From an uncultured Acidobacteriota bacterium (GTDB lineage Bacteria > Acidobacteriota > UBA6911): a stretch of 64,000 nt of DNA. The translations under genes and the position numbers were made by a program. Below, piece by piece: positions 10,440-18,851 of this stretch. Numbering within the stretch: the first letter of the stretch is position 1; the number at the start of each line of letters is the position of its first letter. Where the stretch lies: positions 480,001 to 544,000 of the forward strand of contig CAWJKZ010000013.1 of assembly GCA_963843575.1 (NCBI GenBank), in the 5' to 3' direction. Under the pieces are notes generated by a model, which was given only the letters and a program-made list of their open reading frames with translations, was not told the DNA's origin and made no database searches.

Positions 10440-11722
10440 CGATATGGTGTACCGGAACCGGCGGCTACTTCCTGCCGAGAAGCATCGCAATGCGGCGCAG
10501 CTGGCGCTTGCCCATCTCGCGCTGCCGAGTGTACTCGCGGCGGTCCAGCATTTTCGTCCTCGAACCTCTTGTCCAGACCGGCGAGGTAGTCCAGGAGCTG
10601 GTCTCTGCGGGCCCGCAACTCCCTCAGGCGGGGATCCTGCGCGCCCGGGGCGCTCTGCGGGATCCGGTTGAACGCGTACCAGAGCACGACGATAAAGCCG
10701 AGCAGGATCAGGGGCCCGATGACGAGGGCGTTCTGCGAGACCCTGTTCCCCATCGGTTGTATGCGCGGCTGCGCGGACACCGCCTCCGTTTCCGGCGCAG
10801 TGGCGACCGGCGTTCCGCCGGAAAAGGTCCAGGCCACCTCGGTTCCCGCTTTGACGGGGCCACCGGAGTACACGGCAAAGTTCCGTTGGGCGTCGGTCTG
10901 CACCTTGACGAGGCCCTCGCCCGCGACCGTCACGTCCTGCGGAATGACGCCGAACTGGAACGACTCGACGTCATTGTAGAACTTCTTTCGCAGCGTATAG
11001 GATTTATCTTTGTACGGCAGCACCTGCTCGACCTGGAACGCGGTCACGCCGGGTCGGATCGGATACAGGCTGTAATAGCTCAGGCCGTCGGGGCTCTCCA
11101 GCGGCGACTGCGTCAGCGGCATGCTGGAACCGGGAGCAGTGACGTCGAGCCGCGGCGGTTCCAGCAGTCCGGGGGCCTTGGCGAACCGGAAGTTCCCGTC
11201 CATGTTCATGTAGGTCTGCGGCGGTTTCGTCTCGTTCTTGAAAGAGTACGATTCCAGGCAGCGGAGCTGGTCGCCGGTCAGCTGAAAGGCCATCTGGAGG
11301 CCCTGAAGCGTGATCCCTTTCGCCGAGGTGGTGGGTTCGAACACCTCAACCTCGACCAGCGACTTGCCGGAGGCGTCGAAATTGACCCTGCCGTGGTAGT
11401 TGACCGACTTGTAGTTGGCCCGGACCATCAGCGGGGAATCCGTGGGGAGCCCGTCGACGCGGAATCTCCCCGATGCGTCGGTCGCGGACGACTTGAGCAC
11501 GCTCATGCCGCCCCCGAGGCCGACGATGTCGATCTCCACGCCGGCGGCGGTCTTGGCGGCGGCGGTGGCGTTGACGAGCCTGCCTTCGATGACGCCCTGC
11601 CCCTGCTGCGCGCCGAGCGTCGCAGCGTGGAGGGTCGCGAGAAGGAGAGAAGTGGCCAAAAAGGTCGTGGCCCGCCGTGCAGACCAAAGCCCCGGTAGTA
11701 CGGTACGCCTTGTCAGGTTCAT
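10436..11722 (-). CDS. Exported beta-sandwich (carboxypeptidase-regulatory-like) membrane protein of the ccm operon; true stop probably 10465
   Basis: Signal peptide, GVIEGRLVN...TDASGRFRVDGL domain, C-terminal TM and coiled coil; removing one A near 10552 gives EDEMLDRREY...LLGRK*. Confidence 0.7.
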   Translation of the reverse strand: MNLTRRTVLPGLWSARRATTFLATSLLLATLHAATLGAQQGQGVIEGRLVNATAAAKTAAGVEIDIVGLGGGMSVLKSSATDASGRFRVDGLPTDSPLMVRANYKSVNYHGRVNFDASGKSLVEVEVFEPTTSAKGITLQGLQMAFQLTGDQLRCLESYSFKNETKPPQTYMNMDGNFRFAKAPGLLEPPRLDVTAPGSSMPLTQSPLESPDGLSYYSLYPIRPGVTAFQVEQVLPYKDKSYTLRKKFYNDVESFQFGVIPQDVTVAGEGLVKVQTDAQRNFAVYSGGPVKAGTEVAWTFSGGTPVATAPETEAVSAQPRIQPMGNRVSQNALVIGPLILLGFIVVLWYAFNRIPQSAPGAQDPRLRELRARRDQLLDYLAGLDKRFEDENAGPPRVHSAARDGQAPAAPHCDASRQEVAAGSGTPYR

Positions 11723-11741
11723 CGGGATTATTGCCCTGGGA

Positions 11742-12185
11742 TCAGATCTGTCGGCCGCAATCGCCGCAGTATTTTTTGCCTGAGATCACTTCCGACCCGC
11801 AAGCCGGACACTTTACGGTCGCCGTTGCGCGGACGGCGCCCGAGGGGTGAAGCCCGCTCCTGCGCGCCGCCACCTGCTTCTCGATGGTTTCGTCGAGGTC
11901 CTTGTCGACCCCGAGCTGGTCGAGCTTCTGCAGGATCCCGGCCGCTTCCTGTTTGTACCCTGTTTCGAGGCGGCGGAAATCCGCGTCCCCGAGCCTTCCC
12001 ATCTTGTACTCGAATTCGAGGTCCTTGAGGTTGCCGTAGACCACGGCCTTGCGGTTCAGGAGTCGGTCCAGCTCGGTTTCAGCCAGAAGCTCCACCGCGA
12101 GGTTGCCCTTCGGCTCCCGGAACAACGGAGCCACCACGTAGACTCCCGCGAGGACCGCGACGGCGGTGCATGCGAAGATGAGCAT
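11742..12185 (-). CDS. Membrane-anchored zinc-ribbon protein (CcmI N-terminal-like)
   Basis: N-terminal TM, LKDLEFEYKMGRL...DF motif and C-terminal CPACG...YCGDCG. Confidence 0.75.
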   Translation of the reverse strand: MLIFACTAVAVLAGVYVVAPLFREPKGNLAVELLAETELDRLLNRKAVVYGNLKDLEFEYKMGRLGDADFRRLETGYKQEAAGILQKLDQLGVDKDLDETIEKQVAARRSGLHPSGAVRATATVKCPACGSEVISGKKYCGDCGRQI

Positions 12186-12658
12186 CAGCTCTCCTGTTCA
12201 AAGTCGCGAAGTTCTTTTTCGATCCTCGGGTCAAGGTCCAGGGCCGCCGGGGACTGGGCAGGTTCCGGGCGCGGCCGGGCCATACGGACGACGATCCAGG
12301 TAACGACCGCCGCCCCGAGGCAGAGCGCGAGGAAGGGCATAATCCACGCGGTAAGGTCGAAACCCTTCATTGTCGGGGCGGACAGCACCTTCTTACCCAT
12401 CCTGTCGACGAAGCTCTGCACGATCACGTCGACGGACTCCCCGTTTTGCAGGCGTTCCCGGATCTCGGCGCGCATGGGCGTGGCCGAGCTGCAGTTCTGC
12501 ATGGCGCAGACGCTGAGCTGCTCGTTGCACCCGCACTGGCACACGAGACGGTCGCACGCGTCCTTGTAGTCTTTGCTGATATCCTTCTGGGCGGCGCGGA
12601 GTGCCGGCGGGGCTGCGAGCGCCACCGCCAGCAGCCAAAAGGCCAGCTTCGTGTTCAT
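12185..12658 (-). CDS. ccmH: Cytochrome c biogenesis protein CcmH-like
   Basis: Signal peptide, LVCQCGC...CAMQNC, MRAEIRERLQNG, VLSAP..GFDLTAWIMP and TM; overlaps the ccmF stop. Confidence 0.85.
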   Translation of the reverse strand: MNTKLAFWLLAVALAAPPALRAAQKDISKDYKDACDRLVCQCGCNEQLSVCAMQNCSSATPMRAEIRERLQNGESVDVIVQSFVDRMGKKVLSAPTMKGFDLTAWIMPFLALCLGAAVVTWIVVRMARPRPEPAQSPAALDLDPRIEKELRDFEQES

Positions 12659-14709
12659 GGTGCCGCCTCGGCTTTCTGGATCGATCTGGTCGAATCTTCC
12701 AGGGAGGCGGCCTCGCCCATCGTGAGCGCGGCGGCGAACCCGGCGCGGCGATCGGGCAGCAGCGTTATCAGGGTGCCGAGAAACATCAGTCCGGCCCCGG
12801 CCCAAACCCACCAGACGAGCGGGTTGACGTGGGCGGTGACCTCGTATCGCTGCCCGTCGTTGGACATCCCGGCAAAGATCACGTAGAGGTCCTCGCGCGG
12901 TGTGCTGTACAGGGCCACTTCGGTGGAGGACTGCCCCTCGCCCGTCGTGTACATCCGTTTCTCGGGGTGCATCGTGCGCACGTGCTTGCCGTTTTTCGAC
13001 GCCTCCAGCGTGACCGTGCCGTACTGGTAGTTGGCGTTCTGCCCCTCACGGTAGTCGGTCATCTTCAGCGCGTAGGAGCCGATCCTCAGCTCGTCCCCCC
13101 GGACCATCTGCATGCTCGCCTCGCGGTTGAACGCGTTCCCGGTCAGGCCGATGAAGATCAGCACGATCGCGAAATGGACGATGTAACCGCCGTAGCGCCG
13201 TTTGTTCCTCAGGGTGAGGTTGACCAGGGCGCGGGCGAAGCTCTCGCCGCTGTTCCTGGCGCGGACGCGGGCCCCCGAGTAAAACTCCTGCACGATCGTC
13301 CCGGTGACGAACATGCACAGCGTGAACGACACGAGGGCGTACGGGTTGCGCATCCCGGCGGCGAGCAAGAGGATGCACAGGGAAAGCGCGAGCAGGGCGG
13401 GCCCCGTGAACGCCTTCCTCAGGCTGTCCAAGGAAGTCTTGCGCCAGGCGAACAGCGGGCCGACGCCCGTGAGAAACAGCAGGAACATGCCGATCGGTAT
13501 GTTTACGCTGTTGAAGAAGGGGGGGCCGACCGTGATCTTGTTCCCCTGCACCGCCTCCGAGAGCACCGGGAACATCGTGCCCCACAGCACGGCGAAGCAG
13601 GCCACCAGCAGGATCAGGTTGTTGAACAGGAAGGCGCTTTCGCGCGAGAGCACGGAGTCGAGCGGCCGCTCGCTCTTGAGGTACGGCAGGCGGTCGATGA
13701 TCAGGTAAAGGCTCGCCGCCAGGACCACCAGCATGTAGATCAGGAAGAACTCGCCGAGGGACGAATCCGCGAATGCATGCACGGAATTGACGACGCCGCT
13801 GCGGGTGATAAAGGTGCCGAAAACCCCGAGCAGATAGGTGAGGACGACCAGCAGGACGTTCCACACCTTCAGCATCCCCTTGCGCTCCTGGACGATGACC
13901 GAGTGAAGGAACGCGGTCCCGGTCAGCCACGGCATCAGGGAGGAGTTCTCGACCGGGTCCCAGCCCCAGTAGCCGCCCCACCCCAGCTCCACGTAGGCCC
14001 ATTTGCCGCCGAGGATCAGCCCGGTGCCGAGGAACAGCCAGGCGATCAGGGTCCAGCGCCGCGTGGTGCGGATCCACGTGTCGCCGAGCTGTTTCGTGAT
14101 CAGCGCGGCCATGGCGAACGAGAACGGCACCACGAAGCCGATGAACCCGAGATACAGGATGGGCGGGTGGATGACCATCGCCCAGTATTGCAGCAGGGGG
14201 TTCAAGCCGCGGCCGTCCTGGGGGGCGAATGCCAGCAGGGAACCGTCGGCCTGCACCTGGACGAGCCGGTTGAAGGGATTCGAGAGGAAGAGGTTCAAGC
14301 CGATGAAGAAGGCGAGGTTAACCATGAGGACCGCGACCACGTAAGGCATCATGTCGCGGTACCGGTACCGGTTCTGGTAGATGACGACCCCGCTGAAGAC
14401 GGAAGTCATGAACACCCACAGCAGCATCGATCCGTCGTGGGCTCCCCAGAGCGCGGCGATCTTGTAATAGTACGGCAGAGCGCGGTTGGTGGAATTCGCG
14501 ACGTGGGTGACGGAAAAATCGCTCGTCACCAGGAGGTAGACGAGGCTCAGGGTCGAGGCGAAGATCGCGACGCACGCCGCCAGCGCGGCCCGCTCCGCGC
14601 TGCGGACGATCCGGTGCTGCTTCTGCGTCGCGCCGACGAGTGCCGCAAATACCGCGTACCCGGACAGGCACAGCGCCAGCAGCAGGCAAAAATTACCAAA
14701 GTTACTCAT
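12655..14709 (-). CDS. ccmF: Heme lyase CcmF
   Basis: GLNPLLQ, IHPPILYLG, WAYVELGWGGYWGWDPVENSSLMPWL and RSGVVNSVHAF motifs. Confidence 0.97.
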   Translation of the reverse strand: MSNFGNFCLLLALCLSGYAVFAALVGATQKQHRIVRSAERAALAACVAIFASTLSLVYLLVTSDFSVTHVANSTNRALPYYYKIAALWGAHDGSMLLWVFMTSVFSGVVIYQNRYRYRDMMPYVVAVLMVNLAFFIGLNLFLSNPFNRLVQVQADGSLLAFAPQDGRGLNPLLQYWAMVIHPPILYLGFIGFVVPFSFAMAALITKQLGDTWIRTTRRWTLIAWLFLGTGLILGGKWAYVELGWGGYWGWDPVENSSLMPWLTGTAFLHSVIVQERKGMLKVWNVLLVVLTYLLGVFGTFITRSGVVNSVHAFADSSLGEFFLIYMLVVLAASLYLIIDRLPYLKSERPLDSVLSRESAFLFNNLILLVACFAVLWGTMFPVLSEAVQGNKITVGPPFFNSVNIPIGMFLLFLTGVGPLFAWRKTSLDSLRKAFTGPALLALSLCILLLAAGMRNPYALVSFTLCMFVTGTIVQEFYSGARVRARNSGESFARALVNLTLRNKRRYGGYIVHFAIVLIFIGLTGNAFNREASMQMVRGDELRIGSYALKMTDYREGQNANYQYGTVTLEASKNGKHVRTMHPEKRMYTTGEGQSSTEVALYSTPREDLYVIFAGMSNDGQRYEVTAHVNPLVWWVWAGAGLMFLGTLITLLPDRRAGFAAALTMGEAASLEDSTRSIQKAEAAP

Positions 14710-14835
14710 GCACAACTCTCTTCGGGGGCCTGAGTGGATTTCCGAGGCTTGCCGGGCCGAACCGGACCGCGCAAAAGACAGCGGCAGAACATCGGGACGG
14801 GAGCGGGGGCGGAGCGGGGACGGGGATCTGCCGCA

Positions 14836-15243
14836 TTACGTCCCTCGTTTTTCGTACTCCGCTTCGTATTTCGACGCGCACTTGGCTTCGATGTGCCTGG
14901 CCACGAGCACCCCGTCTTCCGCGATGCTCCCCTCGACCACGGCTTTGCACCCATCCTTGAACGTGTCGGGTATGACGTCTTTGCCGACGTAGCGCACCTT
15001 GAGGTTCTTGCCGTTCTGGGAAATGACGAACTCGAGCTGGGGCTTCGTCCGGTCTATCGAACCGTCCCTCACGTCCCCGGCGACCTTTAGGGTCTTGCCG
15101 TGAAAATCACCCTTCATGGCGCTGTACTCTTCGACGGTTATGTAGTACGACTTGCTTTCCTGGAAGCCCACGAACCCGAGCCAACCGAGGGCGGCCACCA
15201 TCACAGCCGCGCCTATCATGACTTTCACTCTTGCTCCGCCCAT
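14836..15243 (-). CDS. ccmE: Heme chaperone CcmE (CxxxY variant)
   Basis: N-terminal TM, YYIT, PDTFKDG..AVVEG and AKCASKY heme-binding motif. Confidence 0.92.
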   Translation of the reverse strand: MGGARVKVMIGAAVMVAALGWLGFVGFQESKSYYITVEEYSAMKGDFHGKTLKVAGDVRDGSIDRTKPQLEFVISQNGKNLKVRYVGKDVIPDTFKDGCKAVVEGSIAEDGVLVARHIEAKCASKYEAEYEKRGT

Positions 15244-15334
15244 ATCCCTCTCCCCGGCTGAAACCGGCACCCCTTGGCCCGCGCTACCGGGCGGGAGCCT
15301 GTGCTACAGCCCTCCCACTGACTATGAGTATAAC

Positions 15335-15363
15335 ATTCTAGCGGGTCGCGTCCCGGGCATCAA
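15335..15363 (-). promoter_or_regulatory. Sigma70-type promoter of the ccm operon
   Basis: Minus strand TTGATG-17 nt-TAGAAT. Confidence 0.55.
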
Positions 15364-15368
15364 GGACA

Positions 15369-15387
15369 TGGAGCGCGGCGGCTCGAC
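15369..15387 (+). repeat. REP-like copy (TGGAGCGCGGCGGCTCGAC)
   Basis: Shares the core of the 5636-5708 element; intergenic. Confidence 0.5.
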
Positions 15388-15597
15388 CCCGCCCGCTCAC
15401 CCCGGATTCCGTCAAAACGGAGGTCAAGTTTTTTCGGCATATTCCGAAATGACTATAGGATGCAGTTCAAATGGACACGGCAAACCGGAAACTAATATTT
15501 TGGTGACGGCGAATAAGCTTTCCTCTTCCCGGCCTGCTGCGCCCCGGACGACTCTGGATTACTGTTTCGCGCGCAAAGTGCGGTAGAATCAGCCACC

Positions 15598-18585
15598 TTG
15601 GCCGAACCAAATAACGGTACCGGGATGGAGTCTCAGGAAAGGCCCAAAAGCCGGCTTACGGAGGAGCTGGAATTTCTCCGTCGGCAGATTTCGGAGCTGC
15701 AGAAGCTCGTGATCGAGCCTGTGCTGTCGCAGCCGGCGCCTGTTCCGCTCTCGCTGGCTCCCGCGGCCGCCGGCGCCCGGGATGCCTTTACGATTGTCCA
15801 GGGGAAGCTCGGTTTCGTGCCGCCGTTCCTCCTCCCTGCCCTGCAAATACCGCCGTTGCTCGAGATGTTGTCGCGGCAGATGCTGTCCGAATACCTGGAC
15901 AATCCGATACCCGATCTAGCGAAGGAGAAGCTGTTCGCGCGACTGTCACGCGGCTGCCCGGTGGTCTATGCCACGGTATCGCACAGCTGCATCCTGAAGC
16001 ACCTCGGGATGAGCGCCACCTCCATCGTCGAATGGCTGGAGCGGCCGCTTCCCGCGCCGGAGCCCGACCTCGCCGGATTCTCCGATTTGTTTGCGTCGAC
16101 GCCCTGCCCGGTACCGGAGTGGCCCGAGAGCGGGTCTGAGCTCGAAGAGGCGATCCTGCGCTCGGCGCTGGCGATATTCCTGGAACTCGACGGCGTCGAG
16201 CGTTGCCGGATCGAATTGAGGGATGTGCTGGGACCGCTCAACTACGGGCGTTTGCTGCTGTTACTGAGCTATATCCGCTCGCACCTCGCGTGGCTGCAGG
16301 CCTATCCCCAGCTCCCCTATGAAAGCGACGGCCACATCCGTTCGCACCTCACCTCGCTCCTCGCGGACGAACCGCGCCTGGGAGCGATCTGGAGGTCGGC
16401 TGAAGCCGTCCCGACCCACGCCGACGTCGGCGCCGTAACCGGTCCGCGCGCGGCGCTCCGCGATTTCCTGGATTTTCTGCCGCTGGGCGCCGCGCTGGTC
16501 GACCGGGAGTACCGCTTGGTGCACTCCAACGAGGCGTTGCGCGCGCTCCTGGGAGACGCTGTCCCGGCGCCCGGCACCCTCCTGGAAATCCCGCACCCCG
16601 ACGACATCCGGCGCTGGACCGCTGCGGTGCAGCTGGCGCTCTCGGGCACGACTCCGCCGGAGGCGGAAGGGCGCATCCGGAAGGCAACCGGCGAGCAGGT
16701 GCGCGTCAAGCTCGCCGCCGCCCCCTTGGGCGAAGCGGACGCCGATCCCTGCTGCCTGGCGCTGTTCGTGGACGTGTCGTCGCAGCTCAGGGAACAGGAG
16801 CGGCTGCTGAAGGGGAAGCGGATCGTCGAGCGCCTTCTGGCCGGCAGCCGGGACGGGGTCTTTGGCTTCGACGCCGACGGGCTTCTCTGTGCCTGGAACC
16901 CGACCATGGAAGCCTGGTTCAGCGTGCCGGAGGCCGAGGCGCTCGGGAAACGTGCGATCGACGCCGTGCCCTTCGTGGGAAGGGCCGGCGGCGATCGGTC
17001 CGTCTCACAGGCCCTCCGCGGCGAGGACATCGTGTTTCGACAGGCGCATAGGGTAGTGCCGAACGGGCCCGAGCTGTACCTGGAGGTGCGGCTGGGCCCC
17101 GTGCGCGGCGAGGACGGCGAAATCCTAGGCGGTTTCGGGGTGATCCGCGACGTCACCGAGCTCAAGGAGGCGACCGACGCGCGCAAGACCACCGACGAGC
17201 GTTTCCGCGAGCTGTTCGACAGTGCCCACGACATGATGTACACGCTGGACCTGCAGGGGAACCTGACCTCGATCAACCAGGCTGGTGAAAGAATAACGGG
17301 CTACTCGCGTGCCGAAGCGCTCCGCCTGAAGTTCACCGACCTCGTGGCGCCCGAATGCCTGGACGTCGCCCGCCAGATGCTCGATCGGCAGGTGGCCGGA
17401 GAGACGCCGCCAACGTACGAACTGGAAATCGTGGCCCGCAACGCCGGCCGCGTCGCGCTGGAGATCAGCAGCCGTCCGATTTTCCGCGAGGGGAAGCTGG
17501 TGTCGATCCAGGGGATCGTGCGCGACGTGACCGAGCGCAAGAGGACCGAGGAGGAATTGCAGCAGGCCAATCAGAAGCTGGAAGCCTGGGTGAGCGAGCT
17601 GCAGCAGCGTACGCGCGAGATGACCCTGCTGAGCGAGATGGGCGACATGCTGCGCGCCTGTCTGACGACGGAAGAGGCGTACACGGTCATCGTGCGGGTC
17701 GCGCAACAGATATTCCCGGTGCAGGTAGGCGCGCTTTACGTGATCACGTCTTCGCGCAACCTCGTCGAAGCCGTGGCGCTCTGGGGCGAGGCCTCCCTGA
17801 CGGAGCGTGTCTTTGCTCCAGACGACTGCTGGGCCCTGCGCCGGGGCCGCGTGCACTGGGTCGAAAACGCCAAGATGGGGTTGCTGTGCAGACACCTGCG
17901 CCACCCGGCGCCGCGCGGGTATCTTTGCGTCCCCATGATGGCGCAGAGCGAAGCTCTCGGCGTGCTGCACCTCACGGAACCCGATGGTAACCCCATCACC
18001 GAAGCCAAGCAGCGTCTCGCCGTCACGATGGCCGAACACATTGCCATGGCATTGTCGAACCTCAAGCTCCACGAGACGCTGCGCAGCCAGTCCATCCGGG
18101 ACCCGGTCACTGGACTGTTCAACCGGCACTTCATGGAAGAATCGCTGGAGCTCGAGCTGCGCCGCGCCGCCCGCAGCCAGCGGCCGCTTGGCCTGATCAT
18201 GCTGGAGATCGACAACTTCAAGGCACTCAGCATCGGGGTGGGAAGGGAGGCCGGCGACGCTGTCATCCGCGAAACCGGCAACCTGATCCAGAGCGTGGTG
18301 CGCAAAGAGGACGTCGCCTGCCGTTTCTCGGGCGAGAAGTTCGTGGTCCTGCTGCCGCAAGGCAGCGTCGACGTCGCCCAGCAGCGCGCGCAGAGTTTCC
18401 GCGAGATGTTGAAAGTCCTGGAAATCAAACACCGCAACCAGCCGGTGGGTCCTTTAACCGCCTCGCTCGGAATCGCGGTCTTCCCGGACAACGGTCGCAC
18501 CGTCGACCTGCTGCTGCGCGCCACCGAGGGGGCGCTACACCGCGCCCGAGAGGATGGGGGAGACCGCGTCGTAGTCGCCCGCTAG
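15598..18585 (+). CDS. AhpD-like N-domain/PAS x3/GAF/degenerate GGDEF protein (start could be ATG 15625)
   Basis: PAS ends DVSSQ, DVTELK and DVTERK; GAF YLCVPM; SIRDPVTGLFNR; active site reads SGEKF with the RxxD I-site RKED retained. Confidence 0.88.
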   Translation: MAEPNNGTGMESQERPKSRLTEELEFLRRQISELQKLVIEPVLSQPAPVPLSLAPAAAGARDAFTIVQGKLGFVPPFLLPALQIPPLLEMLSRQMLSEYLDNPIPDLAKEKLFARLSRGCPVVYATVSHSCILKHLGMSATSIVEWLERPLPAPEPDLAGFSDLFASTPCPVPEWPESGSELEEAILRSALAIFLELDGVERCRIELRDVLGPLNYGRLLLLLSYIRSHLAWLQAYPQLPYESDGHIRSHLTSLLADEPRLGAIWRSAEAVPTHADVGAVTGPRAALRDFLDFLPLGAALVDREYRLVHSNEALRALLGDAVPAPGTLLEIPHPDDIRRWTAAVQLALSGTTPPEAEGRIRKATGEQVRVKLAAAPLGEADADPCCLALFVDVSSQLREQERLLKGKRIVERLLAGSRDGVFGFDADGLLCAWNPTMEAWFSVPEAEALGKRAIDAVPFVGRAGGDRSVSQALRGEDIVFRQAHRVVPNGPELYLEVRLGPVRGEDGEILGGFGVIRDVTELKEATDARKTTDERFRELFDSAHDMMYTLDLQGNLTSINQAGERITGYSRAEALRLKFTDLVAPECLDVARQMLDRQVAGETPPTYELEIVARNAGRVALEISSRPIFREGKLVSIQGIVRDVTERKRTEEELQQANQKLEAWVSELQQRTREMTLLSEMGDMLRACLTTEEAYTVIVRVAQQIFPVQVGALYVITSSRNLVEAVALWGEASLTERVFAPDDCWALRRGRVHWVENAKMGLLCRHLRHPAPRGYLCVPMMAQSEALGVLHLTEPDGNPITEAKQRLAVTMAEHIAMALSNLKLHETLRSQSIRDPVTGLFNRHFMEESLELELRRAARSQRPLGLIMLEIDNFKALSIGVGREAGDAVIRETGNLIQSVVRKEDVACRFSGEKFVVLLPQGSVDVAQQRAQSFREMLKVLEIKHRNQPVGPLTASLGIAVFPDNGRTVDLLLRATEGALHRAREDGGDRVVVAR

Positions 18586-18643
18586 CCCGGAATCCAGGCG
18601 GATGCGAAGTGCGGCGTCCGTTCGTGAACCGGGCGCCGAGGCC

Positions 18644-18677
18644 TTCCGTGTCCTCCAGTGTCTTCCGTGGCAAGTTT
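18644..18677 (+). repeat. Dispersed 34-nt repeat, copy 2
   Basis: TTCCGTGTCCTCCAGTGTCTTCCGTGGCAAGTTT; matches 8294-8327. Confidence 0.6.
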
Positions 18678-18708
18678 TGGTTTTTCGGCGCTCCCGTTTC
18701 GGAAGGAA

Positions 18709-18738
18709 TTGACTTATACCCGGTGGTCTTTCTATACT
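18709..18738 (+). promoter_or_regulatory. Sigma70-type promoter of the second GGDEF gene
   Basis: TTGACT-18 nt-TATACT in an AT-rich intergenic region. Confidence 0.55.
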
Positions 18739-18851
18739 CGGGTGACTGTCAAGGCTTGCGCTGTTTGTGTGTCTAAAGTCCTTCTGTTTCTTTGCTTTCT
18801 TCTTGACTTATAGCTCGCTTTGTCGCCGCAAGCTGCAGCCCGGAAGGGCAG

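Noticed and set aside
8373-10490. Apparent 705-aa CcmA-CcmC fusion, and CcmA tail fused to CcmB
   Set aside because: The middle section is out-of-frame nonsense over ccmB; two single-base corrections restore separate ccmA, ccmB and ccmC
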